A DNA stretch of 64,000 nt from Candidatus Shapirobacteria bacterium. GTDB lineage: Bacteria; Patescibacteriota; Microgenomatia; UBA12405. Position numbers and translations under genes: made by a program. The notes under the pieces are model-generated. The model did not search any database. It saw nothing but the letters and a program-made list of their open reading frames with translations, and had not been told where the DNA came from. This document shows positions 9,301 to 17,644 of the stretch, piece by piece. The stretch's first letter is position 1, and every line of letters begins with the position of its first letter. The stretch spans positions 3,842 to 67,841 of the forward strand of contig JBAZZE010000003.1 of assembly GCA_041658955.1 (NCBI GenBank). Direction: 5' to 3'.

Positions 9301-11627
9301 TAAAAAGTGGCTTTGTTTGTGGCTGAGTTATCAAAAACTACTGCAACGTGATACCAAGTATTGGCAAAGACACTGTTACTTGAAGAACAAACAGAGGCGG
9401 CTTGATTATTTGTTTCGTAACATACTCGACCACCGGCTTGAAGGTAAAAATTGTAAGCGTTGGTTGTGTCACCTGAACCATCTTTGCTTATGATATATTC
9501 CTCACCTGCAGATAGATCATTACTATTGACCCAGGCACTGATAGTGAAATTTGTAGTTACATCAAGGCTATTTGAGTCTACAGCAGTAGCGTAATCCGTT
9601 GTCCCATTGAGTGAAAGTCCAACTCCAAATTTGGAAAGAGTTGACCATTCTGGAGCAGATGAACCGGCGGCAAAGGTAACTGTGTTGGTACCACCCGATG
9701 AGTCGATGACGGTTGTCCCGGTATTTTCATCCATTTTCCACCAACCAACGAGACCATTGGAAAGGGTGTCATTGAGGTCACGACCGACTTTGACACCACT
9801 ATCGGCGTTATAACTGTTTTTTATTTGGGAGTCTGTTCGAGCATAATCGTAAAGTTTAACCTCGTCAATAACTCCCTTAAATGCGGCAGTATTTCCGTCT
9901 GAACCTATTTGGAGATCTGAATTACTAGCGTATAAAGTATCACCACCTGTAGGTAAATTTGAACCACCTGTTAGATTTGAACCATTGACATAAATCTTAA
10001 GACTGGCCCCGTTCCTAACACCAACAACGTGATACCAGGTGTTTTTGGCCATAGTAAAAGTTGTGGGTCGAGTGAAAGCGTTGTAACCGGACCCTGAAGC
10101 GTTCACCCAGGCAAATGTAAACCTATTTTCGCTGGAGGTATAATCAGCTTGGAGTTCATACGATTCCCAAGGACTACCACCGTGTTTTTTCATAATAATA
10201 ACTTCGCGGCCACCGGGGACTTCAGACGGCAAAGCGTGAAGATAGACCCAAGCCTCGACTGACATGTTGGCCGAGGGCCGGAGAATACTATTGTCACCAG
10301 ATTTAGTAAAACGATTTCCAAGACCATCAAATTGAAGAGCATTGTCATATTTCCCTATAGTCCAAGATGGCAAGGTGGTGGAAGTACCGCCGGTTTCAAT
10401 AACGCCATCAAATCGATTAGGGCTAGAGTCATAGGCAGAAGTACCAATATTTTCATTGAATTTCCAATAAGCGACTGGCTCAGTATTATTGTTTTCAGTG
10501 GGTATAGTGGCACTAAAAAATGTAGATGGTGAATTTTGGTTGTTGTGTTCGGTACTGACCCAAGTGGTTGACCGGACGGATTTTGAAACACGAACTTCAT
10601 CGATAAGACCATTGGCGTCTGTTGGCCAAGAAGTAGTGCCACCAAGCATAAAACTGGCTGACGATGAACCGGGATCGACGGTTCGACTAACTTCGGTGCC
10701 ACCAACTGCACCATTGATATACATATAGTCAGTGTCAGATGTAGAGTTGTGAACACCGGTGATGTTGTACCAGGTTCCAGTAGTGACAGAGCCAGCACCA
10801 CCGAAGGTGCCGTATTCACTACCGTTAATATAGCTGATGCCCATACTGGTAGTGTTGTCATAAAAATACCAACCGGTACCATTTTCTTTACCTAACCAAT
10901 CATGCCAGCCTAAGGAGGTAGCTTTGACCCAAAAACTGGCACTAAGATCAGTAACGGTTTGACCGTTTTTGCTGGGAAAGTTGCTACTTAAATTAGTATC
11001 AGTGCGAAAAAGATCTCCTGCTTGAGTAAAACTGGCAGCTGTACCAATTTTACCGGTAGCATTGCTCACTGTTCCGGAAATTGCCAAATGGTTGTTATTG
11101 CTAGTGGAATCATAGCGGGTAGTGCCAACCTCATTTAGATGCCAAACACCAACATAATTGCTGTCCCAAACATTATTTTTACCGAATTCGAAAGCAGCGT
11201 CATAGTCAGTGGCACCGGAATTTCCATAATAAATATAAATAGAGGTGTCGACGGTCGAGGAGAGGGTCCCAGAGTATTTGAAATATAATTCACCAGCATC
11301 AGTGGCAGAATCATAATAAACTACTTCACGAGGTAGCTCGGTAGTGCCATCACTTTTAGTGACTCGAATATCACGAGCATCAGTTTGATTGACATGGGCA
11401 TGAAAATCTGCCGGAAGACTGGCGAGACTTACTAGGATAGGAAAATCAGTTTGGTCGGCAGAAACCTTGGTGTGGTCTATGGTTAGCATTAACCGATTGG
11501 TCCAACCAGTGTGATACCAAGCGGCTTCAACTGTGGTTGGTTTAGTTTGGATGCGAATTAAAACGACAATTCCAATCAGCAAAATTACGACAATGGTAAA
11601 CAGGGTTTTATACGAGAACTTTTCCAC
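6372..11627 (-). CDS. Giant LamG-repeat surface protein, paralog 3 (GTG start); N-terminal TM anchor
   Basis: 1751-aa ORF starting at GTG (plus-strand CAC at 11625-11627). N-terminus MEKFSYKTLFTIVVILLIGIVVLIRIQTKPTT. Repeated WKFNE/WWKMDE/HWKMEE ... DEV[KR][LV]YNYA[RL]T...I LamG-like units. The C-terminal ...LTETQIKSIINNGSATFR is shared with paralog 2. Confidence 0.7.
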   Translation of the reverse strand: MEKFSYKTLFTIVVILLIGIVVLIRIQTKPTTVEAAWYHTGWTNRLMLTIDHTKVSADQTDFPILVSLASLPADFHAHVNQTDARDIRVTKSDGTTELPREVVYYDSATDAGELYFKYSGTLSSTVDTSIYIYYGNSGATDYDAAFEFGKNNVWDSNYVGVWHLNEVGTTRYDSTSNNNHLAISGTVSNATGKIGTAASFTQAGDLFRTDTNLSSNFPSKNGQTVTDLSASFWVKATSLGWHDWLGKENGTGWYFYDNTTSMGISYINGSEYGTFGGAGSVTTGTWYNITGVHNSTSDTDYMYINGAVGGTEVSRTVDPGSSSASFMLGGTTSWPTDANGLIDEVRVSKSVRSTTWVSTEHNNQNSPSTFFSATIPTENNNTEPVAYWKFNENIGTSAYDSSPNRFDGVIETGGTSTTLPSWTIGKYDNALQFDGLGNRFTKSGDNSILRPSANMSVEAWVYLHALPSEVPGGREVIIMKKHGGSPWESYELQADYTSSENRFTFAWVNASGSGYNAFTRPTTFTMAKNTWYHVVGVRNGASLKIYVNGSNLTGGSNLPTGGDTLYASNSDLQIGSDGNTAAFKGVIDEVKLYDYARTDSQIKNSYNADSGVKVGRDLNDTLSNGLVGWWKMDENTGTTVIDSSGGTNTVTFAAGSSAPEWSTLSKFGVGLSLNGTTDYATAVDSNSLDVTTNFTISAWVNSNDLSAGEEYIISKDGSGDTTNAYNFYLQAGGRVCYETNNQAASVCSSSNSVFANTWYHVAVVFDNSATNKATFYVNGVKTGYFNSNVTQAPTALTTSLLIGRRGNSGSEFSGLLDDIRLYNRSLSPSEMQILYNYAPGPIGHWKMEEASWNNNCSTNTAMDSSGYDHHLRSCPASTGPTGGSVGKIGKGGTFDGSNDYLESTSTDFNLTGNVTLSAWVRPLDTPPGDVYVIDRTNNNAGYSLGWQSSRTPRLRIGNGSTYLQLTSPNTLSLDTWSFLSATITSDGAASLYVNGHLDTGATGMVIITSSGQNLRIGSRAAVNTVNAQLDDVKIYNYVRTKSQIREDMGNGKPLTPIINLKFEENSGTLANDSSGNNFTGTFGAGTASPAWTVGRSDQALSFDGGDYVQISDNNYLDFTDDFTLSAWVSRSGGTNEYIISKTDASSDGGYALLIGNAGEVYCRTANTTGFNDTYTATGYVLADSTWHHLVAAKTGTSCRVYVDGVDRTNTIATHTTMTANAKNLRIGTQPAGGNYTIGKIDEVNVYNYALNSDEIKQLYNRNSVIQSGQTVQTIGATTTSLKYCIPGDTALCNAPIGEWNFDTNVGTPSTLPDTSGNGNNGVANGSMTSDDWVPGKNGSALNFDGSNDYINIYSANLASLFSGNQGTVTAWFRVGDGVWGDGVQHQVLTIGADVNNMITIRKASDGSLNTLYTAAATNETSLDCALTDTGYIFIAMSWDQTAGKVVHYCNGLLTDTDTALGAYTGALSSTRATIGAHTTGVTYPWKGDIDDLRIYNYVRTPAQVGLDYNQGGPLVWYKFDECQGSIIHNSMGTGYTGVISIGAAGTQTSLGTCNSGTAAAWTNGASGKINGSLNFDGNDDLAAVTESESKGSLDIGSSDSFSIAYWFNPTSLPGAGTYDTYAGKNIGGNGWYTQIYSDGSLEFCVVNTSVHCYSGNQNVVNVGTWNHYAVAYTSGDDSSIRLYHNGKLLTGSWGGTANLTVPNTNNNLAFGSNGDGTEEATGKIDDFRYYGYLLTETQIKSIINNGSATFR

Positions 11628-11640
11628 AACTAATTATAGT

Positions 11641-12048
11641 CTAGTAGAACACCACTTTGACGGTTTGGGGAAGGTTTTGTTGGTTGTTACTGGCAGTGAT
11701 AGTTGCTTTTAGGGCAGTGTTAGAAGACAGGTCAAAAACTGCTTTACCTGTATCATCAGTGGTAGTTTGAACTGAGGTAATAGAAACTTTAGGGGAGGAA
11801 GTAAGGCTAACTGTTTGGTTGGGGACACCTAGACCTCGACCATCAAGTAAAAAAACGGTAACCCGAATTTGTTCTTTACCATCAGCTTTGGCTTGGAGAG
11901 GAGAAGAAAAAAGATAGGAATTACCATATGCAACTGAGCTACTACTGCCAGCAGCCCGACCCAAGAAAATAGTGGTACGAAAAACAAGAGCAAGTGAAGC
12001 TAGGAGAGTGAGAAGTAAAAAAATAATAATGACAATCGGTCGGCGCAT
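11641..12048 (-). CDS. Small secreted/anchored Ig-like hypothetical protein
   Basis: 135-aa ORF with N-terminal signal/TM (MRRPIVIIIFLLLTLLASLALVF). The remainder is Ser/Thr-rich and beta-strand-like. It sits 13 nt upstream of the LamG paralog 3 start. Confidence 0.4.
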   Translation of the reverse strand: MRRPIVIIIFLLLTLLASLALVFRTTIFLGRAAGSSSSVAYGNSYLFSSPLQAKADGKEQIRVTVFLLDGRGLGVPNQTVSLTSSPKVSITSVQTTTDDTGKAVFDLSSNTALKATITASNNQQNLPQTVKVVFY

Positions 12049-12051
12049 ATA

Positions 12052-12870
12052 TTAGAGTATAGGGTATCTGGTAAGTGGATAGTAAAAAACCGCCGGTAAA
12101 TATCGAGGTTGAGCGGTAGGGTGAAGGTAAAGATAAAGAAGATAAGCAAAAAGTAAAACTGTGCTAAGAAATAAAGGAACAATAATTAAGATGTTAAATT
12201 GTTGAGGTAGGCTATAGGTAATGGTATTGGATTTGGGACTAGCTAGAGTAGCAAAATCAACGGTACTAAAAAGTCGATAATCACTACTGAGTGAGGTAGG
12301 AATATTAAGATTATAGTTACCGTTAATATCGGTTTTGGTAGAAAATACCGGTAATCCAAAAGCTTGGGCTGGAACTGGAAGAATAGGAGCCTTGGCGTTG
12401 GTTTGGTAGAGGAAGACATTGATAGTTGAAAAAGGAATGCTTTGTCCTGAGGCGGCAGTAGTACTGTTGGCTTTTATGGTTTCCGAATCGATAGTGATAG
12501 TGGGAGGGAGAATAATTGGTCCAATATTGGTGAGATAGTTGGTATCAGGTGGGGGTGGAACACAGACTGGGTTGGTGTGGCGGAGGTCATCATCGACTGC
12601 TAAGAGGCATAATTCTCCCGGATTTCTAGGAATAATGATGCGATCGAACTCGAAGTAGCCATTTTCCTTGGCATAAGTAACATCATAGACTTTGGAACTA
12701 CTCAATTCGACTCGAGCTAGGGGAGAGGTAAAGCCATAAATGGCAACTCGACTTTCTTCAATTGAACCAGAAACGGTGACTCCCTTTTGAGCTGAAGAAG
12801 CGGCAACACTTAGATGTGGGGAAAAGGTACCAACAATTAAAGTGAAGGCTGCAAAAAAATATTTAAGCAT
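12052..12870 (-). CDS. Surface protein with CnaB/carboxypeptidase-regulatory-like beta-sandwich motifs and C-terminal TM anchor
   Basis: 272 aa. Signal peptide (MLKYFFAAFTLIVGTFSPHLSVAASS). Motifs GYFEFDRI and TDINGNYNLNIP are typical of CnaB/CarboxypepD_reg folds. C-terminal hydrophobic segment LIIVPLFLSTVLLFAYLLYLYL. Confidence 0.4.
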   Translation of the reverse strand: MLKYFFAAFTLIVGTFSPHLSVAASSAQKGVTVSGSIEESRVAIYGFTSPLARVELSSSKVYDVTYAKENGYFEFDRIIIPRNPGELCLLAVDDDLRHTNPVCVPPPPDTNYLTNIGPIILPPTITIDSETIKANSTTAASGQSIPFSTINVFLYQTNAKAPILPVPAQAFGLPVFSTKTDINGNYNLNIPTSLSSDYRLFSTVDFATLASPKSNTITYSLPQQFNILIIVPLFLSTVLLFAYLLYLYLHPTAQPRYLPAVFYYPLTRYPIL

Positions 12871-12888
12871 TAATTAATTGTACACAGA

Positions 12889-13869
12889 TTAGCGATCTTT
12901 GTACTTTTTCTTCAAGGCTTCTAGCTCTTTCTCTAGTTCTTCGACTTGACCATCATCTTCATGTTTTGGTGCGGGCTGTTGACGTCTAACTAGGGTGTAG
13001 ATGACATAAGCAAGAATGAGAGCGGTGATGACTAGAGCAATTAGTCTCCATGGTATTACCCAGAAGAATAGAGTAGCAGAGATAGCTTGACCGGTAGTGC
13101 CATAACCAGCATTGAGAGTGGCAGTGTAACGTCCAAACAGCCATTTACGATTGAGAGTGTTTTCAAATCCACGAGCGGTGTTGGGGAAAATATTGGTAAG
13201 GTTAAGGGGGAGATCGGCAGTCTTACCACCGAGCCAGTTTTTGATAGCGATGCTTCCGGCGGGGGTGACATGAATATCGGAAAGATTAGCAACAATAGTT
13301 TTAAAATTAATTGGTCCAAATTCGGAAAAGCCTGGTGCAGAAAATTCAGTGACACGAGCGTCTTCTTTAATATCACCTGGTACAGTGATGTAGATCAAAG
13401 TACCGACATTAGTTTCGATAAAAGAACCGGTTTCAGTAAGTACGGATTCGTTTTTGGGACTGTGGAGAATCATAGAATAATGTCCACCGGAAAGTGCATC
13501 GTCAGGAGCAATTATGGTCATCATGATGGATCTGGTTTCACCGGGTTTTAGGCGAAAACTAGTGGGTGAGAGATGGATCCAGGAAGAAGCAGCCCAACGA
13601 TTACTGCTTTCGTCAAGATTTTCAAGTTGGAGTGGAGTACCTTCACTATCAGTAACGATAAAGTCTTTGCTGGTAGTGGTGATAACTCTTTCAGTCTTGG
13701 ATTCGTTACGGATTTTTAGTTCTTTAGTGACGGTTTCGCCGGGTTTGAGGGTAACTTCGAGTCGGGGAGGAATAGCACTAAGACCAGTAGCTGATTGAGC
13801 CTGAACATTAGTAGTGGTAAGTAATGAACTTCCGAAAAGAATTAGTAGGGGGAGGATTATTTTTTTCAT
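12889..13869 (-). CDS. DUF916/DUF3324-like (WxL-interacting-type) cell-surface protein with C-terminal TM anchor and charged tail
   Basis: 326 aa. Signal peptide. N-terminal segment LSAIPPRLEVTLKPGETVTKELKIRNESKTERVI, then WIHLSPTSFRLKPGETRSIMMTIIAPDDALSGGHYSMI; this resembles the DUF916/DUF3324 pattern of Firmicute Csc loci. C-terminal TM (WRLIALVITALILAYVIYTLV) followed by KHEDDGQVEELEKELEALKKKYKDR. The call is pattern-level only. Confidence 0.4.
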   Translation of the reverse strand: MKKIILPLLILFGSSLLTTTNVQAQSATGLSAIPPRLEVTLKPGETVTKELKIRNESKTERVITTTSKDFIVTDSEGTPLQLENLDESSNRWAASSWIHLSPTSFRLKPGETRSIMMTIIAPDDALSGGHYSMILHSPKNESVLTETGSFIETNVGTLIYITVPGDIKEDARVTEFSAPGFSEFGPINFKTIVANLSDIHVTPAGSIAIKNWLGGKTADLPLNLTNIFPNTARGFENTLNRKWLFGRYTATLNAGYGTTGQAISATLFFWVIPWRLIALVITALILAYVIYTLVRRQQPAPKHEDDGQVEELEKELEALKKKYKDR

Positions 13870-13870
13870 T

Positions 13871-15355
13871 TTAGAAGGTGGCAGTCGCTGTATAAACTAA
13901 TTTACTTTCATAATTACCAGCTCCTTGGGTGGTTGAAGCGGTAGCTCGGTAACAAACATAGGCTCGTTCAGTAGCAGAAGGAGTGGTGACATTTTTCATA
14001 ATTTCTTTAGCATTAGCAGTACCGTTTCCAAATGGTCGATAACCAGATTGATAGTTGAAGATGGTTGTACCAACATTTATGTTGTGCATGGTGTAACCCC
14101 AACCGGAAGCGGTATAGGTACTCCATAGAGCAGGAGTGGTAGTGGTACAACCGGCACCATTACAATCGGTATCAGGAAGGGTGTCTCCATCGGCAATATT
14201 TTGCATGGGACCATCTTCATAGACAGTGACCACATAACCATTATTAGCATTGGTGACACAAGAAAGTCGTTGGGCCAGATCGTTGGGTCCGGCTAGGACA
14301 AGAGAACCATAGGCCACGGCGGTAGCGGTAGTATTACCGGCATTTGTACCGAAGGCTGAAAGTCCACAGGGGGTAGCACCGACACCGACTCCGGTGGCAT
14401 CGATGATAAAGGTAAGAGTTGGGTCAATAGTAGCAGTCACCCGAACTGACTCGACAACTGCGATTTTACCTTGGGCAGTATCAGCGTCGATTACCAATGA
14501 ACCACTATCTAGGTGTCTGACATAGAAAGTGTAGACATCAGCATTTCCTTCAAAAGCGACCGTGTGGTTGGGAGAAGGATTGATAAGCTGGCTACCGGTG
14601 GCTAGGTCAGCTCCAATGGCCATAGAATAGCCAACACCGACTTGGTTGGTACCACCAACTCCGAGGTAACAAGAGATAATGTGATAAGAACTACCATTAA
14701 CAACTGTGGTTGTGCCAACACTATAAGCAGTGGTAACCCCAATTCCCCAGTTGGGACAGGTAACGTCAGTGACTTTTAGCCTTGTGCCCAGACCATTGGC
14801 GGTTGAAGATGGAGTAGTAGCACCAAGATCAAAACCATTTTGATCGGGAATACCATCGTTGTAAAGTTCACCAGTAGAGCTGGTAGCTTTGAGTAAGAAT
14901 TGCCAAAAACCGCCAGCAGCGTTTGATTGGGGAGTAAGACTAATAGTGTGAATAGCGGAACGAGTAGCAATAATGGCAGCGTTGATGAAAGCATTGCTTT
15001 GACCAATAGCGGTGTTTAACTCGATAGTTTGAGTATTACCAATGTCTTGAACGACATATTTAGTGAGAGGTCCGCTGATACCAACTCCAACTCCAGTGGT
15101 ACCAATGGCAATAGTATCGCCGACAAAAAGGTTGTTGGTAGTATTGCTAGGTAGTCCAGTGCTACCAACTTTAATGATGGAATCTCCAGTAGTAATAGGA
15201 GCGCTAATTCGGCCAAAATAAGATAGCTGAGAATTACTTAAAGTATCCTTGACAGAAGATGGTGGAAGAGAGCGGACTTTTTGTGGTTTAAAAATAGCAA
15301 ATGTACCAAAAGCTACCAACAAAATGGGTACTAAAATAACTAGTCGTCGTTTCAT
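13871..15355 (-). CDS. Secreted Thr/Gly-rich surface protein with WxL-like C-terminal motif
   Basis: 494 aa with an N-terminal signal/TM and Thr/Gly-rich beta-strand-like sequence. The C-terminus YRPF..(TVP)..STTQGAGNYESKLVYTATATF is homologous to the C-terminus of the 20477..21211 protein (YRPF...STTQAAGSYQSAIIFTAVPNY). This resembles the Y...L.W.L...P WxL motif with W replaced by F/Y. The stop is 1 nt from the start of the DUF916-like gene. Confidence 0.4.
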   Translation of the reverse strand: MKRRLVILVPILLVAFGTFAIFKPQKVRSLPPSSVKDTLSNSQLSYFGRISAPITTGDSIIKVGSTGLPSNTTNNLFVGDTIAIGTTGVGVGISGPLTKYVVQDIGNTQTIELNTAIGQSNAFINAAIIATRSAIHTISLTPQSNAAGGFWQFLLKATSSTGELYNDGIPDQNGFDLGATTPSSTANGLGTRLKVTDVTCPNWGIGVTTAYSVGTTTVVNGSSYHIISCYLGVGGTNQVGVGYSMAIGADLATGSQLINPSPNHTVAFEGNADVYTFYVRHLDSGSLVIDADTAQGKIAVVESVRVTATIDPTLTFIIDATGVGVGATPCGLSAFGTNAGNTTATAVAYGSLVLAGPNDLAQRLSCVTNANNGYVVTVYEDGPMQNIADGDTLPDTDCNGAGCTTTTPALWSTYTASGWGYTMHNINVGTTIFNYQSGYRPFGNGTANAKEIMKNVTTPSATERAYVCYRATASTTQGAGNYESKLVYTATATF

Positions 15356-15697
15356 TAATTATTGAACAAAATTTGCCTAATAATTAAAGATATGTCCTAT
15401 TTAGACTTGTGTCAATGGGTGGGTAGTCTTTATATAGTGAACTTTCCCACCCATTTTGTAAGTAATATAGTAGTAGTTAAGACAATTATTAGTTTTTTCG
15501 AAGCTATTTTATCTTTTCTCGATGTAAATCGAGAATAAAATCAAAATTGGTACAGTTTTTTTATTAAGAAAAATATGCTTTCGGTCCGGTGGACACTGGA
15601 CTTCATCAGCCCCGATAAACGGGATAGCATGACCACCTCCAGGGGATTCTCAAAAATCGAGAATTTACCCTAGGGGTGGAGAGCGTGTAGAGGAGGA

Positions 15698-16165
15698 TTA
15701 ATTGCCGGGGAGATAGTAGTAGAGATCGTCAACGATTTTGTCGAATTCGACATCTATTTCCATCGTGGACTGATCACTGTCGTAGTACTTCGGGTCGTAA
15801 TGCTCGACATCAACATCAGCAAGGATGTGCCATTCATTGTTGTCGCATACGTAACCGAGAGTAAACGAGTACCACCAGTCTTCCTGTTCCCAGTAGATGT
15901 CCCGGGAAGTGCTGTGGGCCAACTGTCCTTGTTCTTCCAGAGGAGTAACGAAGGTGCTGTAGGCATAAGTGTCCGCCGTCTTGGTTTCGAAGATGACGAA
16001 CAAATGATGCCCCAGCCAGTTGATGCCAAAAGCAGCGGCAAAAACGGCGGCAACCAGAATTACCTGGCGCAGAGACAAGCGGATCTCGGACAATTTCTTG
16101 GACATGGGGGGTCTCCTTATTGATGGTTGTATCTGAAAACTCGTGAGAGCTTTTACAGATTTCAA
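15698..16165 (-). CDS. Hypothetical membrane protein (likely start at internal Met, 16105)
   Basis: ORF in a visibly more GC-rich segment. Internal MSKKLSEIRLSLRQVILVAAVFAAAFGINWLGHHLF has a TM helix. The rest is a Trp/Tyr-rich acidic domain with no recognisable family. Confidence 0.35.
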   Translation of the reverse strand: MKSVKALTSFQIQPSIRRPPMSKKLSEIRLSLRQVILVAAVFAAAFGINWLGHHLFVIFETKTADTYAYSTFVTPLEEQGQLAHSTSRDIYWEQEDWWYSFTLGYVCDNNEWHILADVDVEHYDPKYYDSDQSTMEIDVEFDKIVDDLYYYLPGN

Positions 16166-16220
16166 CCATCAATATTTACACGCTAATTTTTAAAGAACTG
16201 ACGGATGGTTTATCGCAATG

Positions 16221-16244
16221 ATAAAAATCCGCCTTACAAAAGGC
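16221..16244 (-). terminator. Putative intrinsic terminator downstream of 16355..17356
   Basis: Minus-strand GCCTTttgtAAGGC followed by GGATTTTTAT. The adjacent perfect 16-nt palindrome CCCGAAAGCTTTCGGG (16254..16269) and the long imperfect inverted repeat CCGAACCCCTCC...GGAGGAGTTCGG (16288..16345) were also seen. Confidence 0.4.
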
Positions 16245-16354
16245 AGTTTTAACCCCGAAAGCTTTCGGGACTAAAAAACCTTTCCGAACCCCTCCCAAAC
16301 AAAACAAACAAATACATGTTTGCCGTGTTTGAGGAGGAGTTCGGTGAATAGGTT

Positions 16355-17356
16355 TTAGGAGTTGACTTCGGATACGGGCGCGGGAGAGATTGGTTGATCG
16401 ACAGGCTCAATCATCGTGGGACGAGTGAAGTTGCCGGGGATGAGGACAAAGCGCTGCAGGTTGATAGTCCCTGAAGCATAGGTGGTCTTGATAATGATTT
16501 CAGTATCCAGAGGAAGGTTGATTCCGGTGAATTCAGAAATATCATAGTCAGGATCAGCCCATTGAAACTCCCAGATCATTTGGTTTTGATCATCAAGATC
16601 AAAAATGCCATGAGTGGAAGTGCTTGGTCCAATATAACCCAAACCAGCCCAGCCAGTACCTTGATTGGTGCCGCGGATTTGAAAATCAATGATGCTCATA
16701 TCAGAATGACTGAGCTTTTTGCCAGTAAAAATCTCGACAGTAAAGCCGGATTCGTACCAGTTTTTGACTTGGTCAGTGGGATATTCAAACGAATAAACAC
16801 CAATGGAGGTGAGTTCTTCGTCGGAAGCCCAGCTTACTTCGCCATCAACTTTATGACAAAAACCACTGACTTCCAAATCGGGACGACTATCATCGCGCGC
16901 AGCCAAGTGACCATACTTGTTGAATACCCATACAGTGAGAGCTGATTGGGGAATGTCATCAAGTGTGGCATTGGCATTGACGGTGGTAATCGGATTGCCC
17001 CAGCGGTCATTGAGTGAGTCAACATCAATCCAGTTGATTGAGCTTTTATCGCCGAAAACGAACAGTTCCCAAACTTCGTGAATGTTTCCATTCTCGTAAG
17101 ATGAGGGGTGGCTGCTGTCTGCAGGGATTTGGGCTATCTCAACTTTGGCGTAGGCGAGGTCGCAGCCGCGGATTGATTGCCAATCATCAACAACAGGAGT
17201 GGGTATGCTGGTCGGTTCGACAGTGATGGGGGCAGGGGTGGCGGTTGGGTGGTAGGTGTTTTGGGCACCGGAGTAAAAGCCACTCAAGCCAACACTGGTC
17301 ATCAGTGCCAGAGCGATCAGGGTCATCAGAAGGCGACGAGCAAAATTTTGGGACAT
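16355..17356 (-). CDS. Secreted hypothetical protein (signal peptide)
   Basis: 333 aa with signal peptide (RRLLMTLIALALMTSVGLSGF) and a Pro/Thr linker. No recognised domain. Followed on the minus strand by a hairpin plus U-run (16221..16244). Confidence 0.45.
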   Translation of the reverse strand: MSQNFARRLLMTLIALALMTSVGLSGFYSGAQNTYHPTATPAPITVEPTSIPTPVVDDWQSIRGCDLAYAKVEIAQIPADSSHPSSYENGNIHEVWELFVFGDKSSINWIDVDSLNDRWGNPITTVNANATLDDIPQSALTVWVFNKYGHLAARDDSRPDLEVSGFCHKVDGEVSWASDEELTSIGVYSFEYPTDQVKNWYESGFTVEIFTGKKLSHSDMSIIDFQIRGTNQGTGWAGLGYIGPSTSTHGIFDLDDQNQMIWEFQWADPDYDISEFTGINLPLDTEIIIKTTYASGTINLQRFVLIPGNFTRPTMIEPVDQPISPAPVSEVNS

Positions 17357-17644
17357 GTTATCCTCCTCAGGATAGGGTTGGGGGTTGTGACAGTAAACCT
17401 AGCGGTTTGCTGGATTCAACCTCCAACCTTTTGTCTTTTCCTAAAACCTATTTGTTAATGTGCTCCTTCGACTCTTAGTTAGTCGCTCAGGATCTTCGAC
17501 CTAATTGAATGAGTAGCAAACGCAATGTTCGTATCTTCCAATTAAGTTAAGGTTATTATCTTATAATAGAGAGTTATATTCAGGACTTTTGAGAGACAAA
17601 AAACGGACAAAAGGGAGACATTTAGGTTTGTGTTATAGTGAGGT

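Noticed and set aside
2920-10882. Numerous 60-175-aa ORFs on both strands inside the giant LamG genes (e.g. 2920..3237, 2991..3296, 4432..4704, 8897..9205, 10355..10882)
   Set aside because: These are shadow ORFs within long, clearly coding, repeat-containing genes. Their translations are low-complexity and have no start/stop context of their own.
15411-15455. AATGGGTGGG...CCCACCCATT hairpin as terminator of gene 15698..16165
   Set aside because: The U-run (TTTTG) follows the hairpin only on the plus strand, whereas the gene is on the minus strand. It is kept as an unexplained palindrome within the high-GC island observation.
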